Source: Macrostomum lignano
Lineage: Eukaryota
Reading direction: 5' to 3'
Length of the DNA stretch: 64,000 nt
Assembly: GCA_002269645.1 (NCBI GenBank)
Contig: NIVC01003424.1
Span: forward strand, 1-64,000
Both the position numbers and the translations under genes were made by a program. How positions within the stretch are numbered: position 1 is the first letter of the stretch; every line of letters starts with the position of its first letter. The notes beneath the pieces were generated by a model. The model was not told the origin of the DNA and made no database searches. It worked only from the letters and a program-made list of their open reading frames with translations. This document shows positions 45,018-58,710 of this stretch, piece by piece.

Positions 45018-45856
45018 CATAAATTACATCTGGACTGTTTATTTAAATTCCCATTCTTGTGAAAAGGAGTACTTAGAGAAGATATATACACATTCGGATA
45101 TCTTTTTGCTAAGCATATTGAACTATCTTGTTGAAAAACAAAAGTATATGAAAAAGTGGTCGAGCCTTTACGAATGAACTTATACCATTAGAAACAGACA
45201 CAAATGAATAAACAAATACACTGTGGATTGGTTTGTATATATATTTTTTATAATTATCAAAAACCAAACAGCAAAGCATCAAAACATTTCTCACGCATGA
45301 TGATGACGTCCGATCTCCGCCGCACAAAAGCAACACCAACTCTAGCTAAAGAGTAGTGAGATGGGAACCGTACGTTGCCAAAGCATATCGAGTATCATAT
45401 ATCATAGAGATGAATAGCATGCATGACATGTACCGGTCAGGGAACACTGAATATATCAAAGTGACACTCCCAAAAACTGTTAAGTACTAAGCTATATAGA
45501 AACGATTCGACCTGGCCCGCCTCGGCCCCACTATTTGGGGTGCACTTCGATAGCTATATCAAGTGCAGCGTTCTCTGCACCGGCGCACTAATCTGAACAT
45601 GCACTAAAATACACTAGTTGTTGGATAGAAAGAGGCACTAGGGGTCGCAAATTCGGAAACACAAAGAACCTATTAATAAACACCGATACCCTCACTAGTT
45701 TCGCTGGTTATAATAAGCAAATTCACCAAATGGATCGCAAATAAAAAAATGAACTTTTGTTACAAACTTTTATAAATACCATACGATCTCTTTCAGGATT
45801 CGAAAATGTAGGCAAAAAGAAAGCGTAGGCAAAAAGAAAGCTTTGGCCAAATACAA

Positions 45857-48322
45857 TTAATCCAAATTGAATGTTACGTGTCGCTCCATCGATTCCCGAC
45901 GACTATTTAGACTGGAATCGACCTTGTCGGTTTCAGCTTTGGTTTCAGCGCTGCCGTCATTTCGTGAACCTCCTTCAACAGTGAAAGCTTCGCTTTCTGA
46001 CGCCTGCACATCAGTATTATGTGGTAGCATTTCGTCCTCCGTCTGAGACGCCTCTAAACAGTCAACTTTTTCAGAATCGGTTGTCATTTTCGGCAAGCTG
46101 TCGTTTGGTGGAAGCTGTTTTATCGACTCCCCCGTGCTGCTTGCTTCATCAACGACCCCGGTGTCGACGCTCTGAGTAGGCTTACTTTCCTGTTCATTCT
46201 CTGGGCTCAGAAAGGGCTTTAGCGGTTCACAAAGCGTTTCAATGTCAAGGCAGCCAAACTCTCGCAAATCTGTAGCACGTTGCGTTGCCGTCAGACCTAG
46301 GTAGGCAGCCGCCATATCTTGATCGCACATTGAAACCAAGCAACGATTTGCGTGCGGAAGCAAGCACTTCTTAAATGCGGTACAACATAGCGCAAAGCCT
46401 TGCCGCTCAGCAGGCGTCAAGGCACCCGTTTCACTCGAGTACCAGCCAGCCAGTACGGCTACTGAGCGCTGCATTAAGTCTGACACCGCACTGCAGAGGG
46501 CAGGCACTAAACAGACGCTCATGCAAGGCCGCAGCTCGTTAAGGCCGGTGAGCATTCCGTTAAGCAACACAGCCAGCGGAGGATAGTTAACAAGGTCATT
46601 TGGAGGCGGAATCTCATCAACATTAAAGCCCATTGATGCTTTTATTGACCCTCTGATATTGCTGCCATTGTCTTCATTGAACTCTTCTATGCCTGATCCG
46701 CTGTCCCAGTTTGCTGGTGCCACAGCAGTAGCTGGCAAGGCTAAGGCATACGAATACACGGCCGAGTGAAAATGCTTCAGTGCAATTTCAATAGAGACAC
46801 GCAGCTGCGTCATGGCGGCCCGGCTAAATAAGTCCAGAAGATGGGGTCTAAAATCAGCTCCAATTTTAGCTAAACTAGCGCCGAAGTACATGCAGCAGGA
46901 GAGCAGCGACTCCAGGCGGCCGTTGGCTCCGGCCCCGCGGCCTAGGTCTCGCTCCAGGCACTCCAGGAACAAGCACACACGATGCGTAAGCCAGCAATGA
47001 AGAAGCCCGGACTCGCTTGCTGGACCATCAGCAGAAGATAGCAATGGATCCTGATCGGCAAACGCTGCCCGATAATGGGTCACTGTATCGAATATCATGC
47101 TCCTGTGAGTGGTGAGTGGGTAAATTGTGCATGGTTTGAGTCTCAAATCTAAGTACTTTTTTATTCATTATTTATCAAATTCACAGTAATAACAGCAGAA
47201 ATCAAGCTGGTTAATAGCAAATAACTTGAATTAGAACGCAGTGCCGTACTTAGCGCTATACCCTCATTGCCAAGACAAAACCTTTTTAGAGGCATTTTTA
47301 ACTCACCTGGTGTCCTCAGCAGTCTGTCTAGCGTGCTGATAGGGGTCATCCTCTTGAAGAGCCGCGAGTTGTCCGCTCAGGTAAGCGTCTCTGGCAGCCA
47401 AAAAATGAAGCCGTAACTGGGGTTCTGGGTAGGCAGCCAGCCGGCGCAGGTAGCCTAGAAGACGCAGACAGTCGGGCAGTTGAAGCCGTCCAGAACGCAG
47501 ACGACCCGCCACTTGCGCGAGCATCTGCTCACTGACTCGCCGAACCTCGTCCAATACGCTAGTTACAACTTGTGCTTCAAGGAGACCGCGGCCACGCTCC
47601 AGTCGTTTTGCATAGCTGACCAGTTCGAGTGCCTCTTCCCAATAGTCGTTGCGCACACAAGTGTCCAAAAGTTGGGGAATTTCCAGCACTTCCAGTACCT
47701 ACACAGCGTGGTTTGAGTATTTTACTTTAGTATTGAATTATAAGATTGTTACAGCTCTATTATGATTTAATGAGGATTAAATATGTTCGGTTCCAATTGC
47801 AATAACCATCAAAGGACGGTACTTTATACACACACGGCCTTTAAATTAAAAACGAATGACCTGAATTATCGACACTATAATTATATCCAGTCCCACCTGG
47901 GCATGACGATGCAATCCCAGCTGCACGCGCCTGCGACGGCTTGCCAGCTGGCCCACAGACTCCGAGAAGGCAGCGCACCGGCCAGTCAGACGAGGTAGCC
48001 GGTCTGATAGCAGTGACTCGACGGTGAACTCGACACGGCTTAACTCGACCGACAACGCCCGTGTGGCCTCGGCCGATCGAATGAAGACTGCGTAGTTGCG
48101 GGCCGCCGTTTCTTGTGCCTCACGAGCCAGTTCAGTGTGCCGCTGAGCCAATCGGCGGGGCTCAGCACGCAGCTGGTTTGCGCCCAGGTCTGTCAGCTGG
48201 CCGAGGCACTCGCGCAGAACTGGCGAGTCAAGCCAGGTAGTCGGAAGTCGGCCATGTCGGATTACAAGTTCTGCTAGGCCCTCACTGTTACTGTTGCCGT
48301 CCCTATCGCCACTGGCAGACAT
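45857..48322 (-). CDS. COG8: Conserved oligomeric Golgi complex subunit 8 (Dor1 family), 3 exons, 687 aa
   Basis: Exons 48322-47897, 47698-47307 and 47102-45857 with GT-AG introns keep frame. Motifs L.AEP.RL...NY..FIRSAE, LEIPQLLDTCVRNDYWEEALEL, QLPDCLRLLGYLRR, F.TVTHYRAAF.D.DPLL and CMYFGASLAKIGADFR. Confidence 0.95.
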
Positions 48323-51300
48323 TCTTAAATATAAAAGTTTTTCTGAAACATTGCATTTGAAAAATTTCAGATTTGCCGCCCATTAAGACAAGTGGCCCTT
48401 GTACTGTACTGTACCCTTGTAAGTAAGATGGTTAGATGAGTGAATGGTAAAAAGGTAACAATACAACCACATTCCTAATCCTAAAAACAGGAGATGCAGA
48501 CAGTTTGGGAATTGGTTTTAAAATTATTAGTACATGTCGTAAACACTGAACACAGGATGCAGCTATAAGCATAATACTATATATAGCCAGATATGCTAAT
48601 ACTGCTCCTGTTGTACTTTTTTTCCAATTTACCACAATGTGGGAAAAGCTAAATTGGCCTCCCAACATATAAGTGCATATTGTCATATAGTTTTAAATTG
48701 TTTTTACATTAGCTCAAGTGCAATGCCTTCAATCAAAGCTTTAAATAATTACTATAAGCATATCTATGCACTTAGTTTCAGCCATTTTGTGATCGCGTTT
48801 TTATAGAAATGTCACTGATTTGTAGATCAAATTAAAAAATACAATAAGTGCCATATAACTAAGAGCCATACATTCAAGGATTTTCCAAAAAGAGCTAGGT
48901 AACTTGTTTATAGTTGACATGTTTTGCTTCAAAACTGTAAAAATGTTGCTTTTGAATAATTTTAATAAAAAGTTTATGCTATAGTGATTTTCTTTTTCAT
49001 TTTCTTACTTATAGCTATTTTACAATGTTTTATTTTCTTCCAAATTACAATTCTTCTGCTACCAATAAAATATTTGTTGCTGTCTGGTTTTATTCAAGAG
49101 ACCATGCACTGTAACAGTGGGAATACCAAGCAATTTTTCCACCTATCAAACTACCAAGGAGGGAGGGGTAAATTTTGACAATTTTTGCTTTGCTACAATG
49201 AAGCAATGTAGGCATACAAAATTCAAGAGCACAGGTAAACTTTCTGTTGCACATTTTAAACAAGAATACAATAGTCACCCCTCCAAACTATTTAACAATT
49301 CAACAATTCTGCCAAGTTGGATTTTTTCCATAAAAGCTAACGTGTTGAATATAGCCATTGCACCAATTAGCATTACACCTCTATGCAGCCTTGCCAAGCC
49401 TACAAATTTCCTCAACACATTGACTATATATGCCTGAACCAGTTCTGACTTTGTTGGTCACTGGCTTTTACCTAGGTAGAGCTTCTAGAACTTTAGCAGG
49501 TAATACTGGTTAACTATAGACACACTTTTGCAAATTTCTGAAAAAAGCTTAACTAATCTAAAGCTTTCACAATTGGCAAGCTTCAACTGCTATACATCCT
49601 CAGCTAGTCTTTCAAGCATTTATTCATCACTTTAACACAATTGGCACCTTCAACAGATTACACTAGGCAACTGTACTGTGCATTGTATTGTATATTTGTA
49701 CAATCTGAATTAAGAAGAGTTCTTTGACAAATTCAAGCTAATTGTGTTGGGACTTTTCTCCTATAATGGCAACAACCTAATCTTAGTACTATACTTGGCA
49801 AATCAACTATATTTTCTAAGTCTCAAAAGCAAATTATAAGCAAATCATGTCTGTTAAGCATTCTAAAAGACAACATTATAATTGACTACTTAGCCACCCA
49901 CAACCATAGCTACCCTCCCTTAATCCTGAGGAACTTAGCCAGAGCTCTAATAGCATTTCTAGTTTGTTAAATTGTTTTGGATTGCTAAAAATTTGGTATC
50001 AATTTAAAAGCAACTGGGTAAATGGGTAAACAGCTGGAATAACCATGAATGGATGGCCTTGTCAATGTCAACTAATAAGTAGTTTAATCCTATATTGTTT
50101 ATTTAGTTTTATTAAATAAATGATGGGACTAACTATGACTAACTTGCCTAAGCTGTCTATCTTATTGTCTAGTAAATTTAATTAATTAATAAGCAGTTTA
50201 CTATTCTTTACTTAGTAAAAATTCACTTGAAATGCAGAACTTTGTATACTTCCTTATCTTGGCCTGCAGACTAGCTGTTATTAAAATGTTTCTTGAACTA
50301 AAACTGCCATGACAAATTGGCAGCTTCTCAATGCTATGTAAGTAAGGAAAGCCTTTAGCAATTTGGCATACCCAGAATGGCTAACTTATGTAAGTACTCT
50401 TGTAAAGGTTTTAGCTATCTTGGTTATATTCATCCTTTAAAATAGTCAAATATAAAAGGCAGACAAAAAAGCTTAATAAAAAAAGGATATATTAGGGCCA
50501 ATTTAGACATAGAAATTGGTAAAAAGCAAAAGAATATAAGTAAAATAAAAATTATAAAAAATAGAAATAAAAAATAAAAAACTATACTTTATAGTGGAAT
50601 TAAAAAGTTTTTTTGTCTTTTGCAGACCTGCTATATGACACATTTTATCAAGTTACTATCATAATTTCACTTTGTACATTATCCCTTGTTTAATGTTAAC
50701 TAACAATTAAATTTGAAAATTTAAAACATAATAGCAAAATGGTTATTCTTTATAGTCAAAGCATAAGATGCTATCTAGGCTAGGCCTAGGATTTTTATTT
50801 TTAATTTTATCTATAAAAATAGCAAAGCTATTATTTTTATGTTCCCTATACATGGAAAGCAAAATGGGTATTTTTATGGTTATGCTCCATGGGGAAAAAT
50901 CATTTAAATTAATAGTTAATAACTACCTAAAGCCAGCTAAGGTGGTGATAAGAATTACTAGAAGAACTTACTATTATATCAATGTATTATAATATTAATA
51001 ACAGAAGTATCATGTTCTTATTGCTAAAATAAGATCAATCTCTTGTTGAATATTTAATAAACTAGGGTCTACCTCTCTCATATAAGTCTAGAATTTATCA
51101 ACACTATCTTGAATAGGTCTCAGTGACTCTATTCAAATTATTCTCCATTCTCCACCCTTATTCTCCATGTCCTAGTGATTGGTTTTAATTTAAACTATAT
51201 ATTTAGGTTGAAGCTACCAAAAAATGAAGCTCAATTTTGAAATCATCACTATCAAAAACTACTATTGAGAGAAAACTATGACCTTATCAAAACTGCAACT

Positions 51301-53239
51301 AATTTATCAACATTAACTTGAAGAAGTCCCATTGGCCACATTTCTTTACTTTTTTTAAAATTTAACCACATTAATTATTTACACTACAAGTTTGTTACTT
51401 CATTTAGATAGTATTTGTTTATTTTATTGTTTATTATTTGTCTATTTTATTATTAGGAAAGTAATATTTTACACTAAGTTAAATTCTTATCAAAATAATA
51501 TAAATGTTGCAGGGGTGTTTCTTCTTACTCTATAGATTTCAATCCTTACCATTAAGCCACCAAAGTTGTCGTAGGGCTTACTTCTGTCCTCCAACTATCC
51601 CACTAATTGCCACCAAGTTGTTACAGGTTTTTAATTTCCCTCTATTAAATTTCTATTGCTGACACTAAATTTTGCCTTAATTTTTCCAACTGTTTCTTAG
51701 AATCTCATATATTTCTAGGTAGCATTCTTGTAGTGTTCTGGTAGCATTCCTAATATATGCTCTAGTAGCATTCTTAGTATATGGCCTGAGTGGTCTTACT
51801 GGTATATGTACTTTCTCTCTCCATTCTGGGCATTACCAAGATTAGAGGGTCACAGCAATACTCTTAGTACTCTCTTTGCATAAATTCCCAATTCTAACTT
51901 TCAATACTTTCAATAAAATAAGCAATGATCTGAGAATGGTTTATCTAACACATTTTGACATTATAGCCAGCAAACAAGTTTTTCTTCCATCTTTTCGGCT
52001 TTCTCCTATTTATAACTAGTCAATTGTGTATATTTAAAACAAATTCTTACAACTTAAGAATATTTCGCATATTATAACAAAAGAGTATTAATTTTTGCGC
52101 TAGTTTAAAAACCACAATTCCTAGAAATAAGATACCGCTACTACATAAATATGTATTTTTTGTCTTTATAAATTGAGGTACATAGTATGTTAATTTGTTT
52201 TAATAAAGTAACTTTAGTTTTACTGATCAAATTACTTTTGTTTTAATGGAATATTTCTTTACTTAGTTATAGTGCTAGCCAATAGAGAGACATCTTAACA
52301 CTATAAATCAAAGCAAAAAACAAAAAACTTTCTATAACTTTAGGTTAATCATTTTTGTAACCTTTTTGGTAACTTTGAAATTAAATTTTCTTTGGTCTTA
52401 CTGTTTTAGTTATATGAAGCAAGATAGCAAAGAGGTCTAAAGTAGTGTTTGTAGAACAAGGCAGATTTGCATAGCAAATCTGTTTAGATAGACCAAGGAC
52501 ATATTGCCAAATGAAATAGGTGTTATTGAATAAGCATTCTGCAAAGCAAAAAAGATGGATTGCCTAGTAAAAAGGGGGACTTCCTTAGAAGTAGACATTA
52601 AGTTATTGTATCCAAAATAGTGTGATAAAATATTAAATTAGGATAGACAATACTAAAAAGCCAGAAATATCTTAGTTTTTGGTAATGCCATGTTGGACTA
52701 TATAATTTAGGTGATTAATAGTCAGCAGTGTCTTGCTGCTTGGGTATTAAAGCTACTAGGATGGGTGCTGACCAATTTAGCGACAAACAAATTTGGCAAA
52801 AGCAAATTCATTGACAATCTAGTCAAATTTGGCAACAATGAAGGAAGAACAATTGTGTATAGTTTTATTAATTCTTATTGTTATATGTATTATATATATT
52901 AGCTTCCCTTTTTTAATAAGTTTGTATGATACATTATTTATCCTGTGCTTTTCGAATATTCAAATATCCAAATATGCTTTCCAAGAAAATTTGTTCATTC
53001 TCAATCTTGAAGATATGCAATGTCCAATTTATTTCAAAGGTCATATTGGCTTTGGTATAAAAATCACTACAACTCCTTCGCAACAAGAAACAAATTCTAA
53101 AATGTGAAAAAGAGCACAAAGTGACCTTAATTTTGTTCAGCTTCACGAGGTTACAATAGAAGGTTCAGGAAAAGGTTGTGGTAAAATTGTAAACTTTAAA
53201 AGGTAAAATTGTGGCTGTCATTAAATCACATGGGGGCAT

Positions 53240-54644
53240 TTAGCTGACTACAGGCCTCAAGCAAAGCTTGGTCTGTTCTTGTGCCTGCCTTGTGTTTGTC
53301 CCAGATTTTGTTGTAAATGGACTGTCAACGGCGGATAGATATGCGCTACTTGCGCCAAAGGGCACCCTGTGATACAAGTTGCACATCAAGAGCTGCCAAG
53401 CTGGCTTCTTCGTGCAAGAGGCATATGAGCAAGTAAAACGAAATGTCATTTTGTTGGGCTTTGTGGTTCAGCCTTTGGTGCCAACCCTCCAAATCATTGT
53501 TTGTTTGTATAGAGTGGCGATAGGCTGAGAGGCAGTTGGAGGTACAGACAGAAGATGAAATCCATGTGGCCTATAGTATAAGGCATGAGAGAATATGAGA
53601 GATGACTCAGCTGATGAGCAGAAATCTGGTTCAGTGAGACTAGCTGAGTAAATTATAAAAGTACAATAGCTACATGTACCTGAACATACTCCACAAGTGC
53701 AGCTAACTGAGGCTCTTCATGCTGGCTGATTTGCGCTCAAAGCGTATAAAAGGTTCACTTGATGATTTCAGCTGGTAAAAGTGGCAAGGCCATAAGCTGG
53801 CGACAAACATCTTGCACCCTGTCATTATCAATGTAAGCTCGCTGGAGGCCAAGCTGCTGGACGTGTCGCCACACAGCTTGTGTAAAATGAAAGAGGCAGC
53901 CACGCAGCTGGACACCAAGGAAGACGGAATGAATTGCACTCCATGCTGCCATTTCAAAGTCGAGAAGAAATTCCCCAGGCCTGCAAAATTGGTTCATATG
54001 CAAGTGGCAAGATGTTATTTAATTATTTTAATTATTTAGTTATTTTACTTAATTATTCGAAAAACAAAGACTTGCCTTGCATGTGGAATGATTGCACACT
54101 GCTTGAAATAGATCTATGTAGTCCCTATGGCTCTTTCCTTCCTGTCATCAGTGCAAATAGAAGTGGGACCTGCTTCATTGCTCCATTGTTACCAGAAATG
54201 AAAGCGTGAATGCTAAATAGTTGCATGAATGGTTGCAAAAAGTTGCAAACCACCTGGGAGACTCTGCAAGCAGTGACAACTGTGCTTCTGTGGCATGACA
54301 GCTGCAGCACCCTGTAGCTTGATAGCAATATCTGGTGGCTCAACAGCTATAGCACCCTATAGCTATAGCTCAATAGTGATGTCTAGTGGCTGCTTGACGG
54401 CAGCTTGCAGGTTGACTGCATACTTAAACTGTGGGTCATAGACTTGACAGCGCCAGTTGAAAGATGTCTGCCCTTTTAGATACTGATAATTGCAAGCAGT
54501 TATATAATGTTCTTCTTTTAAACAGATGCGATGCACCCATAGGCAACATATGTCACATTGTAGGCCATGCTGCCTATTCCGAACTGCTTGTTTGCACAAG
54601 GGACATACATGTACATGTAGTGTGGCCATTTTTGCTTGATGCAT
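53240..54644 (-). pseudogene. PHD-finger MULE transposase pseudogene
   Basis: CPLCKQAVRNRQHGLQCDICCLWVHRIC (PHD); PFMQLFSIHAF...KQVPLLFALM; LLDFEMAAW..IHSVF.GVQLRGCLFHFTQAVWR; TNNDLEGWHQRLN...FYLLICLLHEEA. Stops and frameshifts present. Confidence 0.85.
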
Positions 54645-54699
54645 CCACTGTATAGCTATTTATGGTCACTCTTTATAAGGCCAATTTAGTGGCTGGGGC

Positions 54700-54945
54700 A
54701 TACATGTGCAACTGCTGGCCAACCTGGCCGATCTGGCCACCATAAATTGTGGTGGACCAGGGGTAAATTGCAAAAATGCCCAGCCTAAAGAATACAGACA
54801 TAGGACTAATTAGATGACGAGGCATTTAGCCCTTATAAGACAATCATAGTTACTCCTGCCGTTTACCTAAAATTGCATTAGGGTTTCTTTCATAGGTAAG
54901 TCGCATTTTTGGTCAAAAAGTAAGTCGCATGGCCAGTATAAATCA
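54700..54945 (+). repeat. Dispersed repeat also present at ~59310-59505
   Basis: GCAACTGCTGGCC..CCT.GCC...ATAAATTGTGGT.GACCAGGGGTAA..GCAAAAATGCCCA is shared by both sites. Confidence 0.7.
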
Positions 54946-55624
54946 GGGGGGTTGCACATGTATGGGCTGGGGTATTAAGGAACCTCTGCCACAGAAATAG
55001 AAATAATGTACACACATAGCAGTAGTATCAATAAATCACTCAATCTAATCCACCACCAGAGGATTCTTGGCTGCGTCTTAGCATATAGCGCACCCAGCAT
55101 TTCTGGCAATTATTTTACAGTATATACCAACTTCACTATACAAGTGCATTGTATAGAATTTTTGGGGTGGATAAATTGATTGCTCATTAGGGCAGAGAGT
55201 GTACAATTGTACATTGAGGGACTATTGAATTGACAATCTGCATATAGCTACGTTTATACTTAAGATAATAAGAATTTCACTTCATTGTGTTAGGGTAAAA
55301 CATTTAGTATATTTGGATATATAAGACTTGTTGCCAAATTTGCCTAGATTGTCGCCAAATTTGTTTGTTGCCAAATTGGTGTGCATCCATTAGGATAACT
55401 TATACTGAGGATAGGCCTAGCTTATACATATATAGTAAGAGATTATTAGTATATAGATAGAGCTATAAATAATCAGATTTATTTAGATAGGAACTAGCAA
55501 TCTTTGCCCCCCGTTGGGGTACATCTGTATAGAATCTTTGTTCTCTACAAGTAACAAAAAGATAGCCAAATAAAGCCTTCACAAAGAAAACAGACAAAAT
55601 ATTCTAATGAAGTGCAATGCAAAA

Positions 55625-55855
55625 AGAAATCATCCCAAGACAGCAAGCATACCCTAGATAGCAAGCATCCCCCAGATTGCAAGCATCCTCCCGATAGCAA
55701 GCAACCCCAGATAGCAAGCATCCCCCAGATAGCAAGCATCCCCAAAATAGCAAGCATCGCCCAGATAGCAAGCATCCCCCAGATAGCAAGCATCCTCCAG
55801 ATAGCAAGCATCCTCCAGATAGATAGCATCCCCAAATAGCAAGCATCCACCAGAC
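55625..55855. repeat. 18-bp minisatellite (~12 copies)
   Basis: AGATAGCAAGCATCCCCC repeated. Confidence 0.9.
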
Positions 55856-55939
55856 AATAAGTAGCTAGTGCGACAATTGCCTTAGCATTATAGTGGCTCC
55901 TTAAAAATTTGCTTACTTTTACGTTTGAAACTGTGTATC

Positions 55940-56640
55940 TTTTAACAATGTGGCTCTTTAAAATGTTTTACATGGTGGCTCTTTTATGATTGACATGGTG
56001 GCTCTTTTATGTTGACATTGTGGCTCTTTTATGTTCTACATGGTAACTCTTTTATGTTTGATACGGTGGCTTTTCAATGTCTGACATGGTGGCTCCTAAA
56101 TGTTTGACATGATGGCTCTTTTATGTTTGACATGGTGGCTCTTTAATATTCTACATGGTGGCTCTTTTATGTTCAACATGGTGGCTCTTCTATGTTTGAC
56201 ATGGTGGCTCTTTATTGTTTGACATGGTGGCTCTTTAATATTCAAAATGGTGGCTCTTGAATGTTTAACTTAATGGCTTTTTAATGTTTTTCATGTTTGC
56301 TCTTTAATATTCTACATGGTGGCTCTTTTATGTTCGAAATGGTGGCTCTTTTTTGTTTTACATGGTAACTCTTTTATGTTTTATACAGTGGCTTTTTAAT
56401 GTCTGACATGGAGGCTCTTTTATGTTTGACATGGTGGCTCTTTAATGTTTGACATGGTGGCTTTTTAATGTTCAAAATGGTGGCTCTTTTATGTTTGACG
56501 TGGTGGCTCTTCTATGTTTGACATAGTGGCTCTTTCATCATTGACATGGAATCACATATATGTTTGACATGGTGGCTCTTTTATGTTTGACATGGTAACT
56601 CTTTAACATTCGACATGGTGGCTTTTCTATGTTTGATATT
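55940..56640. repeat. 23-bp minisatellite (~30 copies)
   Basis: TTTATGTTTGACATGGTGGCTCT repeated with variants. Confidence 0.92.
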
Positions 56641-56899
56641 GCGCTTCTTCATGTTTAGCATTTTGTGTTTTTAAGGTGTTTTAATAAAAAAATCTTTTTG
56701 CACTGCTAAGATTCGAACCCAGGTCGCTACATTAGCATTCTAGTTTATTCACATCTGGGCTATCTCTTTTAAATTGGAGAACATGAACTGTGGCCCTTAT
56801 AATTCAATTCTTATAGCAAGTCAATTGGAGTAAAAAGTTATGACATAATCAATTTCTCAATTAGCCAGTATCAGTCTCAATTTAAGTTAGCAATATGGT

Positions 56900-57263
56900 T
56901 ACGCAATTTTAATCAAGTCTTGTGTGCTTTTCTATGGCACTGTTTTCAACTTGTTGTGATGCAATCTTTATCATAATTGAAATTCAGTCAGTCAGGTTTT
57001 TCTTTAGCATTCTTATAATGCATTTCAAGTTGAAAATTTTGCTTGACCTTAACAAAAAAGCACATTTTTTGAATATTTAATCCCTTTAAAATTGAGCAAT
57101 TTCTTAGCCAAGATGCATGTACTGTCCCAGAAAAATTTCTGATCAAATGGTGCAAGTTTGAAGAAAATCAGTTAAGCCATTTTTCTGAAATCTATCTCAC
57201 ACATACATATACACATATAGACAACTATATGGGAAAAGCATAAAGCTAGGCCCCCGGCCCTAG
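56900..57263 (+). mobile_element. Possible non-autonomous Helitron-like (DINE/HINE-type) element
   Basis: CAAGTTTGAAGAAAATCAGTTAAGCC, then an (ACAT)-like microsatellite, then terminal hairpin CTAGG-CCCCCGGC-CCTAG ending in CTAG followed by T. The 5' end is not defined. Confidence 0.4.
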
Positions 57264-58058
57264 TTATAACTGGGTAATAAATTGGTAAGATTTTGATTAA
57301 GCAAAATTTCTCTAAAACAACCTATAGTTTAGATTCTCTAAATTTATTAGATTTATTTATTAATATTTATTAATATATACTAGGTTTAATACTAGAAAAA
57401 ATGATGACACATTGTTTGTAATATGTAATTTATATGCCAATATTTATAAAAAGTCATTGACACAATGCAATGTTTCCACTATGTATGTTATATATGCCAG
57501 GATATAAGCTAGGCCTAATATATGCCAAAAATGACAAGTAGACCTACCTTGTTGTATGCCAGGAAATTCAGGTCTACATGTTGCCTTCCAAATTATAGAG
57601 AACAACTTGATAGCAATAGGATACAATAAAGTAACTAATAGCAAATAATACTAGGCAAAAGTTCTAAAACAACTTACTTAGTGACAATTGTAAGAATTTA
57701 TTAGGCCTAGGATAGAGCTAGAACCCTAGTTACAACTTAGTATTAAAAATAAGAGTAGGATCTTTTTTGTGTAGGACTATAGTAGGCCTATTATTACTTA
57801 CAATAACTAGGTTTTATAATTGATAAATAGAATTTTTATTAGGTAGAAGTTATCCTCTAGCCTAGAACAACTTGGTGGCATTAGTGGGATGGGATAGAGT
57901 AGCTAAAAACAGAGAACCCAACAATATGTTGACCATAAAAATAACTATCTAACTATTTATTCAGTCACTAGGGCCTAAGGCCTATATAGCATAACAATAA
58001 GAATAGCTAAGGCCTAACTAACAACTACCAAAAACCTAATATATAAAGTTTCATTGAT

Positions 58059-58193
58059 ATGGCGGCCGTGTCTCTAATAATGACTAGGTCCATACTTAGA
58101 CATGGCTGCCGTATTTATAAGTATTTGCATTATAGACATGGCCGCCATGTCTATAAGTATGGACCTAGTCACTATTAGAGACACGACTGCCAT
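58059..58193. repeat. Inverted repeat with 40-bp arms (37/40 match) within a palindromic tandem
   Basis: ATGGCGGCCGTGTCTCTAATAATGACTAGGTCCATACTTA (58059-58098) vs the reverse complement of 58154-58193. Confidence 0.85.
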
Positions 58194-58710
58194 GTCTATA
58201 AGTTTCTGCATTATAGACACGGTTGCCATGTCTTTAAGTCTAAGTGTGGCATTTTCTGAAAAATGGGCTGATAGTGATAGTGATAAGATAGGGCCTACCA
58301 ACAAGTTAAAAGACAGGAAAATCTTTGATTAGGCCTATAGGCCTATATAATTAAATAACTAATAAGTATTTTACTTAAGTTATTAACTATCTGTAAAATA
58401 ATGCGATATACATAAATGATTAAAAATCTATGAAACAGTCAATCCGGGTGCGACCACATGTACATCATGTATTTGCAATTTATCTGGACTGCATTCATAA
58501 TTCTAAATTCATAATTCAAAATAATTCTATTGCGTTCATGCAGTTAACGGCGCATACGATATAGGATATAGCAAAAACCTTATAGATAGAGTCGAACCTT
58601 ACAACTAGTATTACATGTATCACTCAGATTATGGTCCGTTGAGGAGGTCTGTTGCGGTCCCGTTGCGGTCCCTTTGCGGTCCGTTGCGGTGTTTACACGG
58701 ACACGTAATT

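Larger units (their letters stand above)
52763..55388 (-). mobile_element. Decayed MULE transposon (2.6 kb) encoding a PHD finger + MULE transposase
   Basis: ~70-bp TIRs GG(G/A)TGC..ACCAATTT..C(G/A)ACAAACAA..TTTGGC. Flanks ACTAGGAT / ATTAGGAT (7 of 8 match). Confidence 0.75.

Noticed and set aside
48400-52700. AT-rich region with short ORFs, probably decayed TEs
   Set aside because: No protein motif could be identified with confidence. Only a repeat fragment at ~51060-51340 was recognised.
53605-53650. CTGATGAG...GAAA resembling a minimal hammerhead ribozyme
   Set aside because: Stems I and III cannot be formed, and it lies within the antisense of the MULE coding remnant.
56700-56765. tRNA-like sequence on the minus strand (GGGTTCGAATC B-box)
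   Set aside because: No complete cloverleaf. At most a decayed SINE head, not a tRNA gene.
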